Source: Paramecium tetraurelia (Eukaryota). Taken from it: a DNA stretch of 64,000 bases. Below, in pieces: positions 26,294 through 38,200 of the stretch. The notes beneath the pieces were generated by a model. The model saw nothing but the letters and a program-made list of their open reading frames with translations, was not told the DNA's origin and made no database searches. Positions within the stretch are counted from its first letter, which is position 1; each line of letters opens with the position of its first letter. The stretch lies in NCBI GenBank assembly GCA_000165425.1, contig CT868011.1, positions 186,001 to 250,000 of the forward strand, read 5' to 3'. The position numbers and the translations under genes were made by a program.

Positions 26294-27687
26294 ATGAATG
26301 CTCCATTCCCAGAAAAGATGATAGAGAAATTTGTACAGTTTATTATCTTAACTCTTCATAGAATAAGCAAATGGAAGTATTTGTTAAACATGAAGAGTTG
26401 CTTTTGAAGTAGAGACAGGTTTACGAGTCAAAACTTAATAATGTGTTTGATCGAAATTTGCAACTGGAAGAGAAGGATAAAAGTGTGCATGAACAAGTAC
26501 TCATTGATTCAAATAGATCTTATCATCGAGATACCAGAATGAATAGTTGAAAATATAACAGGAGAGGTTGAAGCATTTCCAGGAATTATAGAAATAAAAG
26601 AAAGATAAAAAATAAGCAGCAAATGAATTATGGTAATAAGAACAGAAATAACACGAGAAGGATATACAATAGAAGTTGTTTGAAATACAATAAAAGATCA
26701 AGTATGAAGAATTCAAAAGGAAGACAGATGAGTTGATGAGTCAATTGGACAATAATTTAAGGAATATCAACTTGCGTTATCTTGAGAAACAAGAGAAGAA
26801 GGAGAAATACTTAAATGATTTCATTAACTAGAAACAACAGACTCTGAATACTTCGATGCAGATTACTGAATCTCATCATCAAAATGTTTATTCTAATTAT
26901 TAATAATAAATGAAGAGAATTTAGGAAGTAAAAACATTGTTAAAGTTAGATCTGCTAATTGAAATTGAAAAAATATTAAAGTAAAATTAAACAGATTAAT
27001 CAATAAAAGCTATCCTAAATCGACTAACTCACTCAGAAGGCACATCAGAGTTCTGAACATTAGGAGAGCATCAAATATCGATCATATCAAATCTACCAAA
27101 CTTAATTGTAAAAATTACAAAACAAGATGAATTACTTCTAAGATAAGATCAATCAAATTGAAAAGAAGAGACTACAACAGCTTTAAATGAATTATCTACA
27201 AGAACAGGACTTGAATCAAAAGCGAAATGATGTCAGAGCCAAATCTGAAAATATTTATAGGAATAAATCTATTAACATTTTGAACAAATAATTGGAGAAG
27301 GAGAAATCCTTTCAATTGGTACAACAATAGAATCAAATGGAATTACAGTAGAAATTGCAGAGATTAAATGAAAAATGGTAAACCCAACAGAACTAAGTTC
27401 AAAAAGCTGATCAGTTGAAACAATCCTATTTTTCATCATTAGAACAGAAGATTACCTAGAGAGATTAGAGATTGCAAGATTAGATGTACTAGAATTATCA
27501 TAACTATAGATAAAACAAATTGGACATTCAAAAGAGAAGATTGAAAGTTATTGAAGATATGGAGAAACAAAAGCGAGATCTATTACTTAAATTGGATCAA
27601 GACAAAGTTCCATTTACAAATACCTCTGAAATGAAGTATCTGTATAGCACTCCCAAATAATAGTAATCTAAATTGTTTATTACATGA
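26294..27687 (+). CDS. Coiled-coil hypothetical protein
   Basis: A 29-nt intron 'gtacag...catag' restores the frame; Q/E/K-rich heptads; TGA 27685-27687. Confidence 0.7.
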
Positions 27688-27708
27688 TTATAACATATAT
27701 ATAAATAT

Positions 27709-28994
27709 ATGAGAAAAATTATATACAAATTTTCAAGACCCACTTATCTTGATTTCTAAGCCACGACTCCCACAGACTACAGAGTATTAGATGCGATGTT
27801 ACCCTATCTAACCAATCAGTATGGTAATCCTCATAGTAAGACACACTCATTCGGATGGGAAACTGAAAAAGCAGTAGAAAATGCAAGATCCTAAGTTAAT
27901 TATTATACTAATTATATAGATAGCCAATTTAATTAACACACAACCTTAAAGCATCATTTTCACATCTGGGGCAACAGAAAGCAACAATGCTGCATTAAAG
28001 GGTTTATACGGCTTTTATGGAAAATAGAAGAATCATATCATCACAACTCAAACTGAACACAAATGTGTGTTAGACTCTTGTAGATATCTAGAAGAAAAAG
28101 GAGTAGAGGTAACATACTTGCCAGTTGATTCCAATGGCTTGATTTCGTTGCAACAATTATAGGAATCTATCAAATCCAATACATTGTGTGTGAGTGTTAT
28201 GCTTGTGAATAATGAAATCGGAGTCATTTAAAACTTGAAAGAGATTAGCAGAATATGTCATCAACGAGGAGTCTATGTTCATTCTGATATGGCTTAAGCT
28301 ATTGCTAAAATCCCAGTTGATGTTTAAGATCTCGATATAGATTTAGGTAGTATTTCAGCTCATAAACTGTATGGTCCCAAAGGAATTGGAGCATTATATG
28401 TGCGAAGAAAACCAAGAGTTAGATTATAGCAAATAATCCATGGAGGTGGATAAGAAAGAGGGTTAAGAAGTGGTACTCTTGCACCTCATTTATGTGTGGG
28501 ATTCGGCAAGGCTGCAGAAATTGCATTAACTGAATTACCATATGATATCTAACATGTTGATAAATTATACAATAGACTATTGACTGGTATCAAAGAGAAG
28601 ATTCCTTAAATTCAAATAAATGGCTCATTAGAACATCGCTACAAAGGAAATTTGAATGTGTCATTTGCTTTTGTGGAAGGGGAATCTTTGATTATGGCTA
28701 TCAAATAGGTTGCAGTCTCCTCTGGATCAGCTTGCACATCTGCCTCTCTTGAACCGTCATATGTCCTAAGAGCATTAGGAGTCTAAGAAGATATGGCTCA
28801 TACTAGTTTAAGAATTGGCATAGGGTATTTTCGAATCTCATTTATTTAGACGATTCACTACTGAAAAAGAAGTTGATTTTTTACTTGATTAGTTGAGTGG
28901 CGCTGTTAGAAAGTTGAGAGAAATGTCTCCTTTATGGGAAATGCATTAGGAGGGAATAGATATTAATAAAATTGAATGGACTCAACCACATTGA
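27709..28994 (+). CDS. NFS1: Mitochondrial cysteine desulfurase
   Basis: 'YLDFQATTP', 'YGNPHS', '[11 protein letters not shown]', '[10 protein letters not shown]', '[17 protein letters not shown]', '[10 protein letters not shown]'. Two 25-nt introns. Confidence 0.98.
27895..27919 (+). other. 25-nt spliceosomal intron (NFS1 intron 1; representative)
   Basis: gttaattattatactaattatatag; removal restores 'ARSQ|IANLIN'. A second 25-nt intron at 28825-28849 restores 'GIGRFTTE'. Confidence 0.92.
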
Positions 28995-29152
28995 ATTTAT
29001 ATTTGATTTAATATATGTTTAAATAAACTATGATTATGTGTTTTTTTCATATAAGATAATATTCCTATTATAGATTCTAAGTTTACAAGAGAGAAAAACA
29101 ATAAAATTAGTGATTCAAATAAAATTTTGGAATTTTAAAATATTTTATATAA

Positions 29153-30813
29153 ATGAGTAAACATCGACATTCAAAGGATAAATTATATGTGACTTACAGT
29201 GAGCATATGCTTGAAAGAGGTGGCAAGAAGGAGAATAAAGGGACTCCTCTCACTCGATTGCCGTTTGATCATTGTTCACTATCTCTTGAACCTTTTAAAA
29301 ATCCAGTTTGCACATCTGAAGGTCATGTGTTTGATATTGTCAACATTGTGCCATTCATCAGAAAATACAAAAGAAATCCAATCAATGGATAGGCTCTTAG
29401 GACAAATGATTTGATTCAATTAAAATTTCATAAAAATGACAAAGGACAATATCACGATCCCATAAGTTTCAAGGTATTCACCGATCATACCAAATTGGTG
29501 GCCATCAAAGTGAGTGGCAATGTATTTACTTCTGACACCATTGAAGAATTGAATCGAAAACCTAAATTTTGGAAGGATCTTATAAGTGGTGAACCCTTTA
29601 CCTATAAAGATATAATAGTTTTGCAGGATCCTAAGAATATTGAATCAAGAACAATTAAAAATTTTGATTTTCTTAAAAACAATCTCAAATTAGATCAATC
29701 AACAGAAGATGATGTATATGTAAATTTAAATGATAGTGGAAAAAGAATCATGGAAATGGCATAAGAATAGAATGTGAATAGACAAAAAGAGTAAAAAGAT
29801 AGAGAAAAACAATCATTTGAAGAAATTGAATAGATAAAAAAGAAAGTTAAAGAACAAATGGAATCAAATTAATTAAGCGTAAAAGAATTTTTAGAACTTT
29901 CATCTAAATCTGGTGATTTTGTATCTGAGAGATATGCAACTGAACATGATTCTGTTAGTGTTACTAGTACATAAATGACATTGAAGACTAAACCATTAGG
30001 GTAGGTTTAATATAGAAATATGAATGAGGATGAAATCAGAAAATTACTATATGAGAGAATACGTAAATCTGGATAGAAAGGTTACGTATAATTAATCACT
30101 AATTATGGAAACATTAATTTTGAATTGCATTGTGATCTGGTTCCAATGACATGTGAGAATTTTCTAGAATTATGTGAAAAAGGTTATTACAACCAAACAA
30201 AATTTCATAAACTAATTGAAAATGAGTTGTTGGAAGGAGGAGATCCCACAGCAACAGGATATGGTGGTGAATCCATCTTTGGAAAACCTTTTAGAATTGA
30301 AATCAATAACTTATTGTCTCATAGCAAAGCTGGAATGGTATCTATGGGTAATCTGGGTGCCACTCATTAAACATCGCATTTGTACTTATATATGTATTGA
30401 TAGATAGTTTCATCACCTTAGCTGAATGTAAGAAATACGATAGTAAATATGCTGTCTTCGGGGAAGTAGTTGGTGGATTCTAAACCTTATATTAAATCAA
30501 TAAATTACCAACTAATATGTGGTAGAGACCTGAAGTTACAATCAAATTAAAAGAATTAAAAGTAATTAAGAATCCTTTCAGAGACATGATTAAAATAATG
30601 TTATAAGAAAAAGAAGTAGAAAAGGAGTAGAAATTATAAGATAAAGAGAAAGAAAGATGGTTGGATGACGAAGGATTCTCGCTACCTACAAGAGTTTCAA
30701 CTGCAACCTAAATAAAAGGCTTGGGATTGGCTTCTAATCTAATCCAGTAATTTAGCACACAGGAACAATAAAAAAAATAATTAAAATAATTTTCTTTTGA
30801 TAGTTGGTTATGA
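29153..30813 (+). CDS. PPIL2: U-box cyclophilin PPIL2/Cyp60
   Basis: 'KDKLYVTYSEH...RLPFDHCSLSLEPF...NPING', 'KDLISGEPFT..DIIVLQDP', and cyclophilin domain 'GYVQLITNYGNINFELHCDLVPMTCENFLELC'. Confidence 0.93.
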
Positions 30814-31091
30814 TAATTAAAGTATGATATATCTTTGCATAATAAGTTACACGAATGTTATCAATAGATTTATTAACAATTATTATTATAATATGTAATG
30901 ACTTCTAATTTTTTGTTTTGCATTTAATTTAGTTTTTATGTGTAGAAGTTAGATTTAATGCTTCTCTAAGTTCAAAGTAAGTATATTCTTTTAGATATTA
31001 ATTGCATTACAAATTAATTATTCATATATATATATCACTCAAGTTCATCAAATATTGTAAATTTGACTATAATTATTTTTATTTTTTTTCA

Positions 31092-32138
31092 ATGAATTTA
31101 GACGATGTTTATAATTGGTAAAGTTAATTTACTATTTCTAATTAGGATTCTGAATCATAAGAATAACTATCCTGGAAAACACCAAGAATCTCAACCAAGA
31201 ACTCTTTAATCATACAAGCCTTTAGAAGCAAAAGCATAAGTAATATCTATACTTTATTCTACTAGTTTCATATTGTTATTAGAGCTACTGCTGAATATAT
31301 CAAAGAGAAAATGCTCAACGGAAATGTAATTTTATTTAATAATTTGTAAGGGTGTCAATTTAAAAGAGTTTGGAGCATTTACAATGGAAATAATATCAGA
31401 TTACGTTAAACCACTCTAGCATTCTGGTTTTAAAATGACTGAAGATTTAGACATCCAAAGAGCTGACCGTAAACATGTACACAAAATTAGGTACTTGAAT
31501 TTCATTATTCAGACCATGCTTTATTCCAGATAATTAATTCAAATACTTCCTATAGAGATATCCTGGAAAGGAAGAAGTTTCTAAACCTTAGAGTCAACAT
31601 TCAATATATTAAAAGGGATTTGGGATGAATTTTTGTAATGCAGGACCCATAGCTGCGTCATGGTAATATTATTGAGGATTGATTATATTAGTTATTTAGG
31701 TAAGGATGTTGTGCAATCCATACATTACTCTTTAGTAAAGGCTATTCAAGATTTAACCAGACTTGGACATGATTTACATATTGATTTTGGATTTATTAAA
31801 ATAAGTGTCGTAAACAAAGATCTAAAATATAAATATGAATAATCATTTATAAATAGGTTGAATTAGACTGATTACGAATTGAAAGTAATTTACTAACTCA
31901 TTGTTTGTAGATGCGTAAGTCAGATATGGCTACATCTCAACATTGGAGGGCAACTTCAGAGGAGAAGTGGTCTAAAAGTACTCTAAACAATTTACTAACC
32001 AGACCTAATCCCACTCAAGTCTAAGAAAATTATGAAAAGTCAATGGCCCTTAAGATTATGTCATTAGATCTCAATACTGCCGAACAAACAAATTATAGTA
32101 AAAATTAGAAAGTTAAGTTGCCAGCATTAAATAAATGA
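31092..32138 (+). CDS. CCDC81-like tandem HU-domain protein
   Basis: After removing several ~25-nt introns: 'IRATAEYIKEKMLNGNGVNLKEFGAFT...RPCFI' and 'LGKDVVQSIHYSLVKAIQDLTRLGHDLHIDFG', resembling CCDC81 HU domains 1 and 2. Confidence 0.65.
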
Positions 32139-32199
32139 ATTAAATTAAGAAAATAAATAAAATCAAAATATTTCATATTTAAATATTGTTCTCTATGCA

Positions 32200-34431
32200 A
32201 GCCATATATAAATGATGTGAAAACTATTATAATTCTTATTTTTATTTTGATACTAATTAATATATAACTTAAGTACTTTAATCCAAATTCTTCATGTACT
32301 TATTTAATTCTTTTTCATATATCTAATTCCTTTATTCCTATCTAAATAGATTCCTTTTTAATTCATCCTTTGTTGGACTCTAATAGAGTCTCTATCTTTT
32401 CTTGATTAGAGACTCTTATTTGTTCGATTTTTCAGAATTCATTTTCCATACACTAATTAAGTTAATGCAAAATATTACTTTTCTTTTTTTTCATCATTTT
32501 GGAAGTCACTTAACTTTTCCTATAAATCAAATATAGATTTGTGAAGGAAAAAATTGGCTCTCTCTAATTCAGTGTATTCTTGTTCTTTTTTATCCAAAAA
32601 GTTACGTAATATCATATTCTATTTAGTTTATTCAATCAATTGAGTTTAGAGTGTAGCTTTTTAAATAGAATTAAATATTTACTTAGAAGAGTTAGAGTTT
32701 CCAAATATTGATTTGTTTTTTAGAGACTTTTTTATAGCCATGTTTTTGTTTCTTTTTGATTATCATTCTATAAATCCAAATCTTTATTTGATTAAAATTT
32801 TAATTTCTTTGCTGGTGTAAATTCCTTATTTTTTTTAATCCCTGAAACCATTTCCTTAACATCTTATATCTCGTATGAGAATTTGTTTTTCATCTCACTA
32901 ATCTATTGTTTCAATGAAATATTTTCCTATTCTAACACTTTAATTTGTTGATCAGCCTCACAACTGTCAGTCTAAGTTATGCATTCAACCATTAGTTTTG
33001 GATTCAAGACTCCTTTGGTTTCTACAATATTTCTAAAGTAATTTAAATAATTTGAATTTTCATTTGATGTAGCAATTAATTCCTAATTGCATCTTTACAA
33101 TTGGTTAATTTAATCTTAAAGTCGCTACTTATCTATATTTAGTTCGGTAATTGTTTTCAATTGATCTTCAATTAAGATATTTTTTTCTATGACTAATTCC
33201 TTTATTTATTTGATTGTATTTTATTCATCCAAACTTTAATTCTTATAAAAGTCTAATTATTATTGGGCTTCTTATAATTAAGCTTGGTAGGTTTCGACTT
33301 GCTCGATCATTTCATTGTAGGCCTCATTTTAAAAATTATTAGATTCTTAAATTTCATTGATGTTGACCGTATTTTTCAGAGCACCAGCTGACATCCCAAA
33401 TCTCATGGTATTAACAGATTCTAAGTAATTTTCATTGTGCTAACTGATAGTTAAGAGCATCACAGTTAATGAATTACCATTCAAACTAGGTTTAAGTATC
33501 TTAGTTAATTTTGAGTCTCTAAAATTAACAAATTAGTCCTTTTTATTTTCCTTGAGTTTGGAAACAACATTTTAAAGTGCTAATAAACTTTTATTAATTA
33601 GAAATCCTTCCTTTCTTCTCAAACCTTCAGCCTGAGTCTTTGATAATCCTTCAGAACCTGCCAAATCGACCAGATGTAGATGTGAATTACGAATGATAAA
33701 TGGAGGACACTTCTGTCTTGTCTCTATGGCAATCTACAATATGACATGTGATCTAGAAGAATTGTCGTTCATCTTAGTTTCTCCAAAATGTCTTTATTCT
33801 TCACCCAATTTACTAAAATAAATAAGCTATAATTATTACAAAATGTCTTCGAATTAATTTAAAGAATTGATGGTTTCCCATTTGTATTCATTTGATGTGT
33901 TGGGTTTCATTTCTTACAGATCTTTGATCAAAAGATCGTAGATATTTTCATTGTAAATCTCAATGTACGATATCTTTAAGGTGCAAAATGTATCTGTAAT
34001 CTATGGTCAAGATGAATTTAAACTTTATTGATGGATTGGAGTAGATAATCAATTGATAACTGAATAAGTCCTGGTTCCTTGTTGCTACCTTTCATTGTAT
34101 AAGTTTTTCCTGAACTTGTCTACCCATATGCACAGATGGAGCCATTATATCCTAAAAGACATTTCTGTACAATTGGCTAGACCATTTTAGTGAAGATATC
34201 CTTAGAGGATGCAGATTCATCGAAAACCTATTTTTATTTGGATAATTTAACATTATCAAATGAAAAGCGCTCATTAGATTTTTTAACTATGACAGATTTC
34301 TCGTTGACAATATTACATATTTTCTCATTGGAATCTGTGGGTCTTAATCTCAAACCAACTAATACATTCTCGACATGTGGTTCATGATATTTAGACTTGG
34401 TTTATTATTCTACACCTTTTATGTTGCTCAT
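32200..34431 (-). CDS. N-terminal motor kinesin (kinesin-7/CENP-E-like); 3' end approximate
   Basis: 'VGLRLRP', P-loop 'AYGQTSSGKTYTM', 'YNENIYDLL', 'NDNSSRSH', 'LVDLAGSEG', 'FRDSKLTKILKPSLNGNS', followed by coiled coil. Confidence 0.93.
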
Positions 34432-34818
34432 TTTAAATTTAAATTATATAAACACACATTCAAAATAATTTACTTTACCTTCAATTAAAAAATAAAAATT
34501 AAGCGCATCAGAAATACTATCAGATTCTTAACATCTAATCTAAGAACATTAAGAAATTTGATTTCCATGCTGACAACTTAATGTTTGCTGTTTAATAGAT
34601 AAAAGATTTCAATAATCATCAAATAACTATTTCATCTAAAATTATTGACAAACATCTAAGAAATCAATAATAAAATGATCAAATTTATTATAATCCAAAG
34701 ATCTTAACTGTTCACAATGATTTTCGGTAATCGAAAATAAACAACCATTACTTAATGTGTTTATAAATTAAAATATCAATCCCCTTATCAGATATATACT
34801 TAAATAGTTCCCTTGTGA

Positions 34819-35160
34819 ATGGCTGGATTCAAGAAAACAGCTGCATTTTACTACACTGAATGCTAAGATTTAGAACTACTATATTCTGAAGACTTGGTTG
34901 TGTTACCCACTATGGAATTGCAGTAAAGGGTTTTAGAAGTTGAATCAGAGCAGTTCTTATCCTAAGAGCAAGAAGTAGAATTAAGGAGAATTCTGACATC
35001 ATTTTTATTGCTTCAGAGATAATTGTTGATTCAACTAAAATCTTTAGTATTGATTTATCAAGATAAATTGCAATATTCACAGAATCTAGTAATGAAAGAG
35101 ATAAAGAGTATAAGTTATCAGTTAAAAAAAGAATCGATGATTTATTTTCATTTCATTTGA
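34819..35160 (+). CDS. Small hypothetical protein (113 aa)
   Basis: Open table-6 frame 'MAGFKKTAAFYYTEC...IYFHFI*'. Confidence 0.4.
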
Positions 35161-35219
35161 TTTTTTTATAATAATTTCTTTATATAAAGATTAGTTATTT
35201 ATTTCAATGATTTTGTGAA

Positions 35220-38200
35220 TCATTACTGAGATAACTTACATTTAAGTTGTCCTTCAATTAGTCATTAAGTCTACAATTCTCCTCCATTAATGCTGAATTA
35301 CTTTTTGTTAATCTATCAATTTATTCATCTAATTATTTAACTAAATTTATTAATTGAAAATACTTTATTTTTAGAATTCAAACATTTCTGTTCTTTTTTA
35401 TTCTAGTTCATTTTACAATTGAACAATAACCTCATCCTTATTTTAAGTAACCAAACCTCCTTGACCCTTCAATTAATCTTATAACAGCTAAATCTACTCT
35501 TCTAACTTCTTTGTTTTTCTATTATTCTAGTTCACTTAGCTATCCTTAAGTGATATTTATTAAGATTTTTTTTAGATCTCGTTTTCAAGAGTCTCTATCT
35601 TACTTTAATATTCAGATATCTATTATTAATATTTTTAGTTTTATCCTTTGAGTATAAGAGTTTCATTTTATAATTATTACGTAAGCTAATTAAGTTCTCC
35701 CTCTTTCTATGCCTCAGAAGAATCTGAATTTTGAATTTTCATCTTTTATAAACTTCTGATTAATTCTTCTTGTTCTTTAATCTAGTTACTCAATTACTAA
35801 TTTTATTATCGCAATCCTTCCAGCTATTACTACAATTCCACCACTTTGGTTATTTATATTTTAATTTCATTGTTTAATCTCTAATTTGATTATTCAACAC
35901 CTTATTTTCTCAACAATTCTTCTTCCAATCTATCAATTTATTATTAATATTCATTTCTCAAATTTTAAGAAGGCATATTTTAATGTTTTTTCTCTTCTTA
36001 ACTTAGTTTTTCAAGTTTGGTATTTAATTCTTATATTTAAAGAGAATTAGAAGTAGACATATTTTAAATTTACTTTTCATAATCATTCTTTTATTATTGA
36101 ATAAACTACTTTAACTAGTCGATTTCTAATTTCAAACTCTTATTTTCTTGAACACTTTCTTATAAGGTTTATTCAAATTATTAATATTAAGATTATCTTT
36201 TCCTATCACTTTCGTAAATATCTTAGGATTAATATTAATGTTACAAAATTAAATCATTGTCTGCATTGTATTTTGAATTGAAGCTTTTATTTATTAGATA
36301 AGTTTCTGAACTTCTATCTAGAGAAAACGACTTATCCTATAGATCTCTCAAATCATCATTCAACTTATTAATTTAATGTAATAGTCCATTATTCTATTAA
36401 GTCAATATTTTGAGTTTTTCTAGTTGTTGCTCTATTATTTGATTTTTTTAATTAATAATTTATTCTTATTAGGTTATTTTTTCATTTAAACTCTGATCGA
36501 AAGGTTTGCATTATGAATTAGACTTTGACTTAAGAGGGGACTTTTCTCTAGTCATACTGAGAATTTATTATTCCATTTATACAAACTGCTCTTATAAACT
36601 TTTATGCAATTAATTTTTCTCTAGGGTTTCCTAATCGATTTATTAATTCAATTTAGGAATGATTTCATTTGTATATTTATTATTTTCTTATTTTAATTAA
36701 GATATTTAATTATTTAAAGTGCTAATTTATTGATCCTTTTTCAAAATTTACTCTTCCAGATTCTTAAGTTTATTAATCTATTATTATAACTCATTATCTT
36801 TGTTTTAAATTTAAACTGTCAACTCATTAACTTTCTTTTTCTGAGTTGTATGTTTTTATTATTCAGTATCAAGTTCTTTACTCAAATAATAACTTTCTTA
36901 TTAGAGTTGCTTGATTTTTTGATCCTATTCTTTTAGTGATATTTGTAATTCTTGTTTGTATTGTTCTGTGGAGTGCAATTTAATTTCAAATTCATCCTTT
37001 TTGTTCTATGAGATCTCTAAAGTACTTTTTAAATTATCTATAAGCTGTTGTTATTATTCACATGAAATGATTAATTTAGCTTTATCTTATTCCATTGATT
37101 ATAATTTTCTTATTAATTCATTTAGTTCTTAATCTCTTCCCATCTATTTTTGACTAGATAACTCTTGTATTTTAATGATCAATTGTTAGTTTTCTCTTTA
37201 TAGTTTTTCACCTTCCAACTATAATTACATCTTCAATTTTGTAATTGTTTGATTACTTTCAATGTATTCATTCAAATCTTATTACAATTCATCTATTTGT
37301 TATTGTTAATTTTAAATGGTAATTGACTGATCAGAGTTTTCTTAAATTAATTATTAATTAGTTCTTTTTATTTAAACTAATTCATTTTCTTAAGTAGATA
37401 GTTTTTCAGATTACTTTTATGATAGCTCCTTTCTCATTTTTTCTATTTGTTATTAACTTTATGTAAATTCTCTCTTATAAAACTCAGAATCCTCCAATGT
37501 AATTTATAATTTATTTTTGATCAATGAAATTTCTCTCTAGTAATGTACAATTTCATCTTCTAATTTAATCAGTTTAGAATTGTCTAATTATTTAGTTGAT
37601 TATGATTCAAGAGTTTAAATTTAATTTCTTAGTATTTATATTTCACTTTATAGTTCCTGATTCTCGTTCTCCCTAACATCAATATGAGATTTAGAAAATG
37701 AATGAGAAAGACTAGCCATCCTTAACTCCTACAATTCAAAATTCAAATTATTTAGTTGTAATGCTAGTCCTTTATTTTACTGTATTAATTGTTCCACTTA
37801 ATTTGATTTTATAAATAAATCATCTTCTTGTTATTTGGCTATTTATTCCTTCCTTCTTAATTCGTCTTATATTTTATTAATATTTTAATCCTTCTCTCTT
37901 AATTATTCAACTAACTTATTAACCTATGCTTCAAGTCTAGATTTGATTGAATTGTGCACTTCATTCATATTTTTATTTTCTAATCCTAATTTACTAATCA
38001 CTTATTATAATTCTTCCATAGAATTTTGACTATTGGTTTAGATGACCTTTAATTAATGTGTTTTATCTGCTAATTGATTTTTCAATTACACAATTTCACT
38101 TTCTTAACTTGAATATTATTTCTTTTCGGTTTAATTGAATACTACTGATTCAGAATACTATTTAGAATAGGTGACCTCTCTTGAGAGTTTATTGTTTTCG

